In this document: piece by piece, positions 39,653 to 48,801 of the stretch
Position numbering within the stretch: the first letter of the stretch is position 1
Layout: the number at the start of each line of letters is the position of its first letter
DNA from: Candidatus Yanofskybacteria bacterium RIFCSPHIGHO2_01_FULL_44_24
Lineage (GTDB): Bacteria > Patescibacteriota > Minisyncoccia > 2-02-FULL-40-12 > GWA2-44-9
Assembly (NCBI GenBank): GCA_001794215.1
Contig: MGJK01000012.1
Location: forward strand, 4,834 to 68,833
Direction of reading: 5' to 3'
DNA length: 64,000 nt
Made by a program: the position numbers and the translations under genes
The notes under the pieces: generated by a model
What the model saw: the letters and a program-made list of their open reading frames with translations, nothing else
The model's database searches: none
Told to the model about the DNA's origin: nothing

Positions 39653-40615
39653 CTACGCAACGGGTGTCTGTCGGTTTTTGTAATTATTATATATTTTTAG
39701 CCAATCTAAGAAAAAAAGAGGCTGATGTCTTATGTGTTTGTATCTCGGAGTCCGGTATTCCATATGCCTTTCATATTTATGAAAGTACAAATCTGCGTAC
39801 AGAGGGTCGATGATTACGCAGTATTTGGCGTAAGCTTCATGGGAGTCTTCAATGGTCCACAAGATATCTCGGCCAATATTTTTCAAGAAAGTAGAGAATA
39901 GATAGCCCTCCACGCTGGAAAAGTTCTCAGTATCTTTTTTAACTAAATTAATCTGCCAATACCGAACCATGTCTTCAATATTGCCGAAAAGCAGCTCGTC
40001 TGATAAATAATACAGCTTGGATCCTCCGGATCTTGCTCCCAAAGCCGCCAGGCGTTTTTTCATAAAAATTCTTTGAGAATTTTCCGGCGGGAAGTATTCT
40101 AAGAGATTGTGCAGGTATTCAAAAAGACCCGGAGAGTACATGCGCTGGTCGTTCCTGGTTTTTAAAACATACTCGGTTCCCAATGCTTCTGCTCTTTTGA
40201 TACCCGCTATCGTGGAAGCAATTTGAAAGTTAATGTTGAAAAATCTTGCAGGAGCGGTTACTCTCGGTTTTTCACTTAAAACAATCTCCGCATTTTCTTG
40301 GCGAATTTTATCAAGATAGGCCGGATCCTCATCATTCCACGTCGATACTATGATCAGAACTTTAGGGTGAAGCTTTTTGTAGATTCTTACGGTTTCAAGG
40401 GTAAAATCGTTAGCCTTAAGAATTGGACCCTGCATTACAATTGCCGTTTTCGGGTAGCTGCCGATTATTTTGGAATTGCTTTCAATCCCGGAAGCGTACA
40501 TCGGCCTGGCATGAAGAGTCATAAACTTGCCTTTAGTTTTTTCTACCCAATTTAAAAAGAATAAAAATATTTTTTCTTTTTTACGAAGTACCCTAAGCGG
40601 CAATAAAAATTTCAT
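39653..40615 (-). CDS. WavE-like polysaccharide synthesis protein (paralogue 2)
   Basis: TAIVMQGP, IIVSTW, NINFQIASTIAG, LKTRNDQR, YLSDELLFG; collinear with 23053-24021. Confidence 0.75.
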   Translation of the reverse strand: MKFLLPLRVLRKKEKIFLFFLNWVEKTKGKFMTLHARPMYASGIESNSKIIGSYPKTAIVMQGPILKANDFTLETVRIYKKLHPKVLIIVSTWNDEDPAYLDKIRQENAEIVLSEKPRVTAPARFFNINFQIASTIAGIKRAEALGTEYVLKTRNDQRMYSPGLFEYLHNLLEYFPPENSQRIFMKKRLAALGARSGGSKLYYLSDELLFGNIEDMVRYWQINLVKKDTENFSSVEGYLFSTFLKNIGRDILWTIEDSHEAYAKYCVIIDPLYADLYFHKYERHMEYRTPRYKHIRHQPLFFLDWLKIYNNYKNRQTPVA

Positions 40616-40856
40616 TTGATTTGAGGCGCTATTTCTTCAGTATATCTCGGATATTCACAGGCAGTCAACCCAAGCTAAATTTTAATGCGCGGGTTTTGTT
40701 TTCGTAGTGAAATAGAATTGCTGAGGTGGTCGGATTGAGCTTCAGCGAGCGGCCGCTTGTTGGACAACTGGTCTTCGACAACCAAGATATTACAGTGATA
40801 TATTGTTAAAAAGTCAAGTCTTTATTTTTTTAGTTAAATATGATGTACTTTTATCT

Positions 40857-41393
40857 ATGGGAAATAAAAACGAGAAACCAAAGAACTTTATTATCGATGT
40901 AGACGGCGTCTTAACTGATGGCCAGTATTACTATACCGACAAGGGGAAGGTTATGAAAGTTTTTGGTCCCGATGATCACGATGCCCTATTGTTAATAAAA
41001 CCCCATCTGAATATTTGCATGATTTCGGGCGATAAAAGAGGGTTTGAGATTACCAGAAAAAGAATCGTGTCAGATATGAGGTTTCCTCTATGGTTGGTAA
41101 GTACTTTTGAAAGGGTTGAGTGGATCAAGCGTAAATTCAATCCCGAACAGACTATATATATGGGCGACGGTATATTTGACGGATCAGTTTTCGATGAAGT
41201 TGCGTATGGTATCGCGCCGGCCAATGCATTTTATAAAATAAAAGAAAGGGCGGATTTCGTAACTTTCTCGCGAGGCGGCGACAGTGCGGTGGCAGAAGCT
41301 TGCCTTCATATAATGGAGAAATTCTTTAAGCCTATCGACCTGAAGAATATAAAGATTAACGAAGCGGGTGTTTGGCGGAAGAAGAAGCAGTAA
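40857..41393 (+). CDS. KdsC-like HAD phosphatase
   Basis: IDVDGVLTDG, KVFGPDD, YMGDGIFD, GGDSAVAEA. Confidence 0.8.
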   Translation: MGNKNEKPKNFIIDVDGVLTDGQYYYTDKGKVMKVFGPDDHDALLLIKPHLNICMISGDKRGFEITRKRIVSDMRFPLWLVSTFERVEWIKRKFNPEQTIYMGDGIFDGSVFDEVAYGIAPANAFYKIKERADFVTFSRGGDSAVAEACLHIMEKFFKPIDLKNIKINEAGVWRKKKQ

Positions 41394-41529
41394 TAATTAT
41401 GCACTGGAAAAAACCTACTCACAGTGCTAATGTTAAAAGTATAAAGAATTTTTAAGGAAATAGGGAGGATCGGCGTCATAAAATTAGATGACGGCTCGGT
41501 CCCCGAAATCCTATTTCTTGCGATTCATC

Positions 41530-43131
41530 ATGAACTACAAGGTCTGTATTTTGGCTGCGGGCATCGGTTCTCGCATGGGGAGCTTGTCAGACCACGTTAA
41601 TAAGGCCATTCTACCCGTAAATTATAAGGGTGTTATTTCGCATATCATTGAGAAATTTCCTAAAGATGTCGAAATAATAATCGCCGTAGGCCATAAGAAG
41701 GAAACTATTAGAAATTACCTATCCTTAGCTCATCCGGATAGGCTTCTGACCCTTGTCGATGTAGATAAGTACATGGGTCCGGGTACAGGGCCGGGATATT
41801 CTCTTTTGCGGTGCAAAAAATTCCTAAACTCTCCTTTCGTTTTTTTTGCAGCCGATACTTTAGTAATCGAAGATGTTCCTTTACCCGACAAAAATTGGTT
41901 CGGAATCGCTCCCGTTAAAGAAACGGAGAAATATTGTACCGTCAAGATTAAAAATAACTTAATTTGCCAACTGGATGACAAAATCAAAACCGATAATCGT
42001 TTTGCCTTCATCGGTTTAGCAGGTATTAAAGACTACCAAGATTTTTTTTCAGCTTTGGAAAAGGATAAAAATTTGATTGGCGGCGAAGTTCAGGTTTCAA
42101 ATGGGTTCAATAAATTGATCGAGAAAAAACTGGTGCCGATCGGCTTCACTTGGTTTGATACGGGCGCCCTCAACAGCTACGCAGAAACTAACAGAAATTT
42201 TATGGGCGGTGATAAAAAATTTGATTTCAGCAAGGGAAATGAATTTCTTTATTTTATCGATGACAGGGTAATTAAGTTTTTTGCCGATGCCGAAGTATCA
42301 AGCAACAGGTATGCCAGAGCGAAAAAAAGTTTATCTGAATTTTGTCCGGAGCTTATAGGCTTGGAAGGCGGTTTTTACAGCTATAAAAAAGTTGACGGCG
42401 CCACTCTCTATAGCGTTCTTAACACGAAAATCGCAAATGACTTTTTCAATTGGGCATACCATAATCTGTGGCAACGAGTCGAGTTACCCTCTGCGGAAAA
42501 AAAGGAATTTTTATCAACTTGTCAGAGGTTTTACTATGATAAAACCGAGAAAAGATTGCAGGATTTTTATAATAAGACGGGCTTGCAGGATACCCCAAAC
42601 AATATAAACGGGACGGAAACCCCGTCATTGAAAGAGCTGTTGTCTCAAATAGACTGGAAATATATTACCGACGGCATTCCAACCAATTTTCACGGGGACC
42701 TTCAGTTTGACAATATTTTGGTTGCCAACAATTCCGGTCCCGATGCCAAGTTTGTTTTATTGGACTGGCGGCATGATTTCGGGGGACTTACGCATGCGGG
42801 GGATATTTATTATGACTTGGCCAAGCTTTACGGAGGTACCATAGTGTCCTACCAGCTGATGAAGGACGGGATGTTTTCTTTTAACATGAGCGGTTCGGAC
42901 GTTTATTACGATTTTTATACTAAAAGCAATCTTAACGATGCCCGAGACGAATACGAATTATTTCTAAAAAGTCATGATTTTGACTTAAATAAAATCAAGA
43001 TCATTACCGCACTTATTTTTTTGAATATGTCTCCATTGCACAATGACCCTTTTGACCACATGGTGTACTATCTCGGCAAAAACATGCTTTATAAGACCCT
43101 TAGGACCGTCAATTATGGAAAAAGAGCATAA
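41530..43131 (+). CDS. NTP-transferase fused to choline/aminoglycoside-kinase-like domain
   Basis: ILAAGIGSRMG...NKAILP, WFDTG; FHGDLQFDNIL, LLDWR, YDLAKL. Confidence 0.82.
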   Translation: MNYKVCILAAGIGSRMGSLSDHVNKAILPVNYKGVISHIIEKFPKDVEIIIAVGHKKETIRNYLSLAHPDRLLTLVDVDKYMGPGTGPGYSLLRCKKFLNSPFVFFAADTLVIEDVPLPDKNWFGIAPVKETEKYCTVKIKNNLICQLDDKIKTDNRFAFIGLAGIKDYQDFFSALEKDKNLIGGEVQVSNGFNKLIEKKLVPIGFTWFDTGALNSYAETNRNFMGGDKKFDFSKGNEFLYFIDDRVIKFFADAEVSSNRYARAKKSLSEFCPELIGLEGGFYSYKKVDGATLYSVLNTKIANDFFNWAYHNLWQRVELPSAEKKEFLSTCQRFYYDKTEKRLQDFYNKTGLQDTPNNINGTETPSLKELLSQIDWKYITDGIPTNFHGDLQFDNILVANNSGPDAKFVLLDWRHDFGGLTHAGDIYYDLAKLYGGTIVSYQLMKDGMFSFNMSGSDVYYDFYTKSNLNDARDEYELFLKSHDFDLNKIKIITALIFLNMSPLHNDPFDHMVYYLGKNMLYKTLRTVNYGKRA

Positions 43132-44125
43132 AATAGATTCAACATTGGGTATCGGTCCTATGAGCTCAGAGGTGATTGAGGCCGTGTTTAGGTACTCTAA
43201 CTACTACCGCAAGCCGCTCATGCTCATTGCATCTAAAAATCAAATTGACTGGCGGGGCGGGTATGTTAATGGCTGGAAGACCGAAAATTACAAGTCTTTT
43301 ATAGACCAGATGAGACAACAGTACGGTTTGGCCAAGGTTTATATTTGCAGAGATCACTGCGGTCCCGGATTTAACGGCGTATATGATCTTGACGATACCT
43401 ATAAAACTATCGAAGACGATATCAAAAACGGCTTCGATCTTATTCATATCGATTTTTGCCATTTTCGAGGAAGCAAAGATGAGCAGTTCGAAGCATCAAA
43501 AAAGGCAATCGAGCATTGCCTTTCCCTAAAACCAGATATTTTCCTGGAAGTAGGCACTGATGAAAATGCCGGCGTTAGTTATAATCTTTCAAACGCCGAA
43601 GAGATTGAAAGAGAGATGGATTTTTTTAAAAGTTTTTGTTCCCCCGATTTTTACGTGGTGCAAACCGGAAGCCTGACAAAAGAGATAAACCAGGTTGGAA
43701 AATTCAACAAACAATTCGTGGAAAAAATATCCAGGATTTGTTCTGACAAGGGGATGAGCCTGAAAGAACATAACGGAGATTATCTGGACAAAGATCAGCT
43801 GGCATTGCGCAAGGGGATTGTCAACGCCATTAACATAGCTCCGCAACTCGGCGTAGTGCAGACAAACTTTGTTTTGAGCAGATGTTTAATGTACGGAATA
43901 GATTTCGGAGACTTTATCAAGGAGGCTTATCATGGCAAGAAATGGCAGAAGTGGCTTCATGGCAGCGACGACAGCAACAAATTTTTATGCTCTTTAATTT
44001 CCGGCCATTACCACTTTACATCCGATTCTTATAAGAGAATAATAGAACAATTAGGCCGAGTCGAAGATATCAGGGAATTAATAATCAATGAATTGATGAG
44101 CGTAATAGATCATTATGAAATATAA
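43115..44125 (+). CDS. GatZ/KbaZ-like TIM-barrel protein (tagatose aldolase subunit / ketose-phosphate epimerase family)
   Basis: GIGPMS, LIASKNQID...GGY, CRDHCGP, LIHID, EVGTDE, KEHNGDY, NIAPQLG. Confidence 0.65.
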   Translation: MEKEHKIDSTLGIGPMSSEVIEAVFRYSNYYRKPLMLIASKNQIDWRGGYVNGWKTENYKSFIDQMRQQYGLAKVYICRDHCGPGFNGVYDLDDTYKTIEDDIKNGFDLIHIDFCHFRGSKDEQFEASKKAIEHCLSLKPDIFLEVGTDENAGVSYNLSNAEEIEREMDFFKSFCSPDFYVVQTGSLTKEINQVGKFNKQFVEKISRICSDKGMSLKEHNGDYLDKDQLALRKGIVNAINIAPQLGVVQTNFVLSRCLMYGIDFGDFIKEAYHGKKWQKWLHGSDDSNKFLCSLISGHYHFTSDSYKRIIEQLGRVEDIRELIINELMSVIDHYEI

Positions 44126-44504
44126 GTTTCCAAAAATTGTCAATAAACCGTGGGGCAGGGAGGTCTGGTTAGAGTTAAATAAAAATTATTGCTACAAAAG
44201 GATTTACATCAACAGAGGCTTTAGAACCAGTTTTCAGTTTCACCGGAAGAAGATGGAAACCAACTATATCATCAAGGGTAGGGCTGAAATTTGGCTTGAA
44301 AACGATCGCGGCGTTGTTTTGAAAAAAAATATGAAAAGCGACGATTTTTTTACAGTTAAACCGCCCCGAAAGCACAGAGTGGCTGCAATAACCAATCTGG
44401 TTCTTCAGGAGGTTTCTACCCCTGAAGTCGACGATGTTGTCAGAATCAACGATGATACCAATAGGCCCGATGGTAAAATTAAAAGCGAGCACAAAAATAA
44501 ATGA
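44115..44504 (+). CDS. Cupin (mannose-6-phosphate-isomerase-type)
   Basis: KPWGREVW, TSFQFHRKKMET, HRV, EVSTPEVDDVVR. Confidence 0.8.
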   Translation: MKYKFPKIVNKPWGREVWLELNKNYCYKRIYINRGFRTSFQFHRKKMETNYIIKGRAEIWLENDRGVVLKKNMKSDDFFTVKPPRKHRVAAITNLVLQEVSTPEVDDVVRINDDTNRPDGKIKSEHKNK

Positions 44505-44788
44505 ATCCCGTTAGAGCCAAAATGTACTACCATGTCTATGTATTACAAAGCACAAAGGATAGGCACTGGTATACAGGCTTTACGGTGGATTTACGGAAGC
44601 GCTTGAAAGAACACAATGAAGGAAAGTATGAGTCGTGGACAAAAGGCAGAGGACCATTTGAATTAATATATTATGAAGCGTCTAAAAACAAACAAGATGC
44701 TAAAAATAGAGAAAAATATCTTAAAACTGGCATGGGCAAGCGCTACCTCAAAAACAGGCTTAAGCGCTTCCTGGCTCTAACGGGATGA
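44501..44788 (+). CDS. GIY-YIG nuclease family protein (start may be ATG 44522)
   Basis: YHVYVLQS...WYTGFTVDLRKRLKEHN...IYYEA...AKNREKYLKTGMGKRYL. Confidence 0.9.
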   Translation: MNPVRAKMYYHVYVLQSTKDRHWYTGFTVDLRKRLKEHNEGKYESWTKGRGPFELIYYEASKNKQDAKNREKYLKTGMGKRYLKNRLKRFLALTG

Positions 44789-44792
44789 ATCC
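44501..44792 (+). mobile_element. GIY-YIG mini-cassette with 15-bp inverted repeats and ATGAATCC duplication
   Basis: ATCCCGTTAGAGCCA (44505-44519) / TGGCTCTAACGGGAT (44772-44786); ATGAATCC at 44501 and 44785. Confidence 0.65.
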
Positions 44793-46497
44793 AAATCTTT
44801 CTAAAATCTGCGTACGGCCGGATGACAGCATCAAGGCGGTGCTGGATAAATTAGTTTTGCATAAGCCAGCCCAAACCAAGCTTCCCGGGGGGATTGTCTT
44901 GATTACCGAAAAGGATGGTAAGTTAGTCGGTATTGCTACTGATGGCGACATTCGAAGAGGACTTGCTGGAGGAGCAAAAATGGAAGATCGGATTTCCGCT
45001 CTGATGAACGGTAAGCCCTTTGTCGTTCAGGGTCCGACAACGAGCGAAGCGATACTCTCATTGGCTTCGGAGAAAATAAGAAAAGAAGGGCTCCATCGCG
45101 ACCGCTTAAGCAAAATTATCATCGTCGATAAAGATAAAAAGGTTTTAGATTTAGTCTCTTTTTATGATTTATGGAGGAAAAGCGATGTAAGGTTCAGGCA
45201 GATCGGAGTTGTCGGTTTGGGATATGTGGGCTTGACGCTCGGTGTTACCTTGGCCGATTTAGGGTTCAAGGTCATTGGTTTTGATATTGCTCCCGCGGTT
45301 AGGAAATCTTTGCAGAGAGGCAAGCCTCACTTCTACGAAAACGGCCTGGAAAGAATGCTTAAAGACAACTTAAGCAAGAATTTAAGGATTGCAAGTAATT
45401 TCAAAGGAGCCAATAATTGCGATGTATATTTTGTTTCTGTCGGCACTCCCTTAGACGGTAATAAAAAACCGAACCTCAAATATTTGCGTAATGCCTCAGA
45501 AAGGATCGGGAAGGTGCTGAAGGAGGGAGATTGCGTGATTTTACGCTCGACTGTTCCGGTCGGCGCGACCAGAAATTTTGTAGTGCCGATTTTAGAGAAA
45601 CTTTCCGGACTTAAGGCCGGTGACGGGTTTTTCGTCTCATTTGCCCCTGAAAGAACCATAGAGGGCAAGGCTCTTGAGGAATTGAGAAACCTTCCTCAGG
45701 TAGTTGGAGGAATTAATCGCGTAAGCGCCGATTTGACGGCGACCCTTTTCGGCCATATGACCCATTCGACGGTCTTGGTGGACTCTCTGGAAGAGGCAGA
45801 GACGGTTAAGCTTATCAACAATACTTATCGAGATGTTACCTTCTCCTTTGCCAACGAACTGTCCCTGATTTGCCATCGTTTGGGCATCGATACTCACCGG
45901 GTGATCGAGGCTGCTAATCGTGGATATGCAAGAAGCAATGTCCCTTTGCCTGGGCCAGGAGTCGGAGGAGCGTGCCTTGAAAAGGATCCATTTATTTTTA
46001 TCGAAAGCGCCAAAACCAAAGACTACGATCCGTTGCTGGTAAGGCACGCCCGATCGGTAAGCGACTTGATGCTCGATTTTATTACCCGGGAGATCAAAAG
46101 GTTCTTGGCCGGAAAACCAAATCTGCGCAACCCCAAGGTATTTATGATGGGCTTTGCGTTCAAGGGTCAGCCTGTTACCTCCGATATCAGGGGTTCGTAT
46201 TCGGTTAAGCTCGCAGATCAACTGAAGAAGAATATTCCGAATATCCATGTTTATGATCCTGCGGTTAGGCGGGAAGATATTCTGAATCATGGGCTCAGGT
46301 ATGCCGGCGACCTTAAAACAGGATTTACCGGAGCGGACGTGGTCGTGGTTATGAATAACAATCCGGCGTTTGGAGAAATAGACATAAGAAGCGCTCTCCA
46401 GTTGACTAATAAGCCGGCATTTCTATTTGATACTTGGGGAATATATAATAGAGAAGACGTGGCCAAAGTCAAAGGAGTGGAGTATAAGAGGTTGTAA
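44785..46497 (+). CDS. CBS-domain-fused UDP-sugar 6-dehydrogenase (WecC/UDP-GlcNAc dehydrogenase family)
   Basis: N-terminal GIATDGDIRR (CBS); VGLGYVG, LRSTVPVG, APERTIEG, KLINNTYRD, GVGGACL, GFAFKG. Confidence 0.88.
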   Translation: MNPNLSKICVRPDDSIKAVLDKLVLHKPAQTKLPGGIVLITEKDGKLVGIATDGDIRRGLAGGAKMEDRISALMNGKPFVVQGPTTSEAILSLASEKIRKEGLHRDRLSKIIIVDKDKKVLDLVSFYDLWRKSDVRFRQIGVVGLGYVGLTLGVTLADLGFKVIGFDIAPAVRKSLQRGKPHFYENGLERMLKDNLSKNLRIASNFKGANNCDVYFVSVGTPLDGNKKPNLKYLRNASERIGKVLKEGDCVILRSTVPVGATRNFVVPILEKLSGLKAGDGFFVSFAPERTIEGKALEELRNLPQVVGGINRVSADLTATLFGHMTHSTVLVDSLEEAETVKLINNTYRDVTFSFANELSLICHRLGIDTHRVIEAANRGYARSNVPLPGPGVGGACLEKDPFIFIESAKTKDYDPLLVRHARSVSDLMLDFITREIKRFLAGKPNLRNPKVFMMGFAFKGQPVTSDIRGSYSVKLADQLKKNIPNIHVYDPAVRREDILNHGLRYAGDLKTGFTGADVVVVMNNNPAFGEIDIRSALQLTNKPAFLFDTWGIYNREDVAKVKGVEYKRL

Positions 46498-46972
46498 AAA
46501 AACTCGAATAACGAAATTCGAAACTCGAAACAAAACCAGAAAATTAGAAATAAAATCATGAACGAAGCTAAAAAACCTTATGATTTGGAAGAGCGGTCTT
46601 TACTGTTTGCTAAACGAGTTAACGGTTATGTGCGTAAATTGCCGAAGGATACTCCTAATTTTGAAAACGGAAAGCAATTGGTCCGTTCTGGTGGTTCAAT
46701 CGGAGCTAATTATATCGAAGCTAACGAGGCTATGAGTAAGAAAGATTTTAGAATGAGAATCAAGATATCTAAGAAAGAGGCCAAGGAAACTGTCTTCTGG
46801 TTAAAGTTGACTCAACCGACTTCAGAACAAATAAACGAAAAAGACGATTTAGTAAAAGAAGCTGGCGAGTTGATGAATATTTTAGGCGCTATCTTGGTTA
46901 AATCTTAGTTTAGGAATTTATAATTTCGATATTCGACATTGTTTCGGATTTCGATATTAGGATTTCGAATTT
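46498..46972 (+). mobile_element. Type C palindromic cassette enclosing a four-helix-bundle gene
   Basis: Left AAACTCGAATAACGAAATTCGAAACTCGAAACAA, right TTCGACATTGTTTCGGATTTCGATATTAGGATTTCGAATTT; arms match the gene-less copies at 35907 and 54461. Confidence 0.6.
46558..46908 (+). CDS. Four helix bundle protein (23S rRNA IVS-protein/Avd-like family)
   Basis: YDLEERS...QLVRSGGSIGANYIEANE...SKKDF...ISKKEAKETVFWL. Confidence 0.92.
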   Translation: MNEAKKPYDLEERSLLFAKRVNGYVRKLPKDTPNFENGKQLVRSGGSIGANYIEANEAMSKKDFRMRIKISKKEAKETVFWLKLTQPTSEQINEKDDLVKEAGELMNILGAILVKS

Positions 46973-46979
46973 ACATAAA

Positions 46980-47702
46980 TTGTATAAACAGTATAAAGTA
47001 TTGGGTCTTATTCTTGCTCGCGGAGGTTCCAAGTCTATTCCTAAGAAAAATATTAAACTGCTTGGAGGCAAGCCTTTGCTTGCCCATACGGTTGAAAAAG
47101 CCAAAGCCGCCAAGTACATTGACCGGCTCATCCTTTCCACTGACGATAAAGAGATTGCCGATGTCGGCAGAAAATACGGAGCCGAAGTTCCTTTTACGCG
47201 ACCGGCAGAATTAGCCGAAGACAGCACGACCGACTATCCGGTTTTCGTTCATGCGGTTGAGTGGCTTGAAAAGAACGAGAATTGGAAGCCCGATTTTGTC
47301 GTTCACTTACGGCCGACTCATCCTTTTCGTAAAACTTCAGATATCGATAAAGCCGTAGAAATGCTCGCCGGTAATCCGGAAGCCGATTCTGTTTGGACCG
47401 TTGGGCTGCCTCCGGTGACGCCGTACAAGATGTTTTTGGCCGAAGAAGGCCAATTTATTAAACCAGTCGTTACTATCCCCGGAGTAGATGAGGCGTATAA
47501 TCTTCCTCGTCAGAAACTTCCCAAAGCCTACAACCACTATGGCCAAGTTGATGTTATGAGGCACAATACGTTGATGAAAAAGAAATCAATGTGTGGGAAA
47601 AATATCTTACCTCTTTTCCTTGAAGGAGAATTAGTTGATTTAGATACTCTATTCGATTGGGAGTTCGCGGAGTTTCTAATGAAAAAAGGGAAGATCAGAT
47701 AA
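46980..47702 (+). CDS. neuA: Acylneuraminate (nonulosonate) cytidylyltransferase 1
   Basis: LARGGSKSIPKKN, LSTDD, RPAELAED, LRPTHPFR, DLDTLFDW; TTG start. Confidence 0.88.
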   Translation: MYKQYKVLGLILARGGSKSIPKKNIKLLGGKPLLAHTVEKAKAAKYIDRLILSTDDKEIADVGRKYGAEVPFTRPAELAEDSTTDYPVFVHAVEWLEKNENWKPDFVVHLRPTHPFRKTSDIDKAVEMLAGNPEADSVWTVGLPPVTPYKMFLAEEGQFIKPVVTIPGVDEAYNLPRQKLPKAYNHYGQVDVMRHNTLMKKKSMCGKNILPLFLEGELVDLDTLFDWEFAEFLMKKGKIR

Positions 47703-47772
47703 TTTTTTACTTTTTAATTTTCAATTTTATAATCAATTTTTAAAATTAAAAATTCTAAAATTAAAAATTTAA
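47703..47772 (+). repeat. Type B heptamer-repeat palindromic element (gene-less)
   Basis: TTTTTTACTTTTTAATTTTCAATTTT ... AAAATTAAAAATTCTAAAATTAAAAATT between stop 47702 and ATG 47785. Confidence 0.7.
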
Positions 47773-47784
47773 CTTCTTTATAGC

Positions 47785-48792
47785 ATGATTATTCTAATTG
47801 CCGAATCAAATTATTCTCCGGAAGCGGTAAAAGTCTATAAAACCTTAGGGGAGGTTTACTTTTGGTTTCCCGGTAGTAGAAGTTCCGATGGTGACAAAGT
47901 CGCTAAAAGCGTGTCGGAACTTTCACAACCGGACAGGGACCGATTCTTAAGCAAGATAGATATAATAGTTATTCGGCTTATGCTCAATGTCAGAAAAGAT
48001 TTGATTGACCGGATGTCGAATTTGAAAATAATCGCTACTTCCACGACCGGCCTTAATCATATAGACGTGGATTATGCCGAAAAGAGAGGAGTCAAGGTCA
48101 TATCTTTAAGGGGCGAAACGTTGTTTTTGAGAAATATTCCCTCTACCGCCGAAGAAACCTGGGGTTTACTATTGGCTTTGGTCAGGAATCTTCCCTGGGC
48201 TTTTGATGATGTAAAAAACGGAAACTGGACGCCGAATAAATGGGTGGGCCATCAGCTTATGGGTAAAACAATCGGCTTGTTAGGCCTTGGTCGTTTAGGC
48301 AAGATTGTGGCCGAATATGCCGTCGCTTTTAAAATGAATGTGATTTCCTACGATCCGGCCGTAAGCCAAAAGGAAATGAAGAAATACGGCGCCAAAAAGG
48401 TTGCGATGGACTATTTATTTAAAAATTCAGATATTGTTTCTTTGCATGTGTTGTTGAATGATGAAACTTACGGTTTGGTTAAAGACGATCATTTAAAAAT
48501 GATGAAGCCGACGGCTTATCTGATCAATACTGCCCGGGGCGAGCTGATTGAAAAAGGAGGACTGGAATCTGCCCTTGAAAAGAAATGGATTGCCGGAGCG
48601 GCCATTGATGTCATGTGGGACGAAAAGGACGATAGCGGGCATTTAAAAGATAATAAATTAATGGAATATGCCAAGAAAAATACCAATCTCATCATCGTTC
48701 CCCATATCGGCGGAACGACCTATGATGCCACCCGCATTACTCAGGATTTTATTGCGGAATTAGTCAGGAAAAACTGCAAGAAGAGCGGCTAA
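47785..48792 (+). CDS. D-isomer-specific 2-hydroxyacid dehydrogenase (SerA-like)
   Basis: TGLNHID, GLGRLG, INTARG, AAIDV, PHIGG. Confidence 0.88.
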   Translation: MIILIAESNYSPEAVKVYKTLGEVYFWFPGSRSSDGDKVAKSVSELSQPDRDRFLSKIDIIVIRLMLNVRKDLIDRMSNLKIIATSTTGLNHIDVDYAEKRGVKVISLRGETLFLRNIPSTAEETWGLLLALVRNLPWAFDDVKNGNWTPNKWVGHQLMGKTIGLLGLGRLGKIVAEYAVAFKMNVISYDPAVSQKEMKKYGAKKVAMDYLFKNSDIVSLHVLLNDETYGLVKDDHLKMMKPTAYLINTARGELIEKGGLESALEKKWIAGAAIDVMWDEKDDSGHLKDNKLMEYAKKNTNLIIVPHIGGTTYDATRITQDFIAELVRKNCKKSG

Positions 48793-48801
48793 AATACTTC
48801 G

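Noticed and set aside
40680-40800. Possible riboswitch between WavE-like 2 and the KdsC-like gene
   Set aside because: Only weak, short pairings were found and no aptamer consensus that I recognise.
8485-46908. Diversity-generating retroelement (four-helix-bundle genes as Avd; WavE paralogues as TR/VR)
   Set aside because: No reverse transcriptase in the window. Differences between the WavE paralogues are not adenine-specific and span whole genes.
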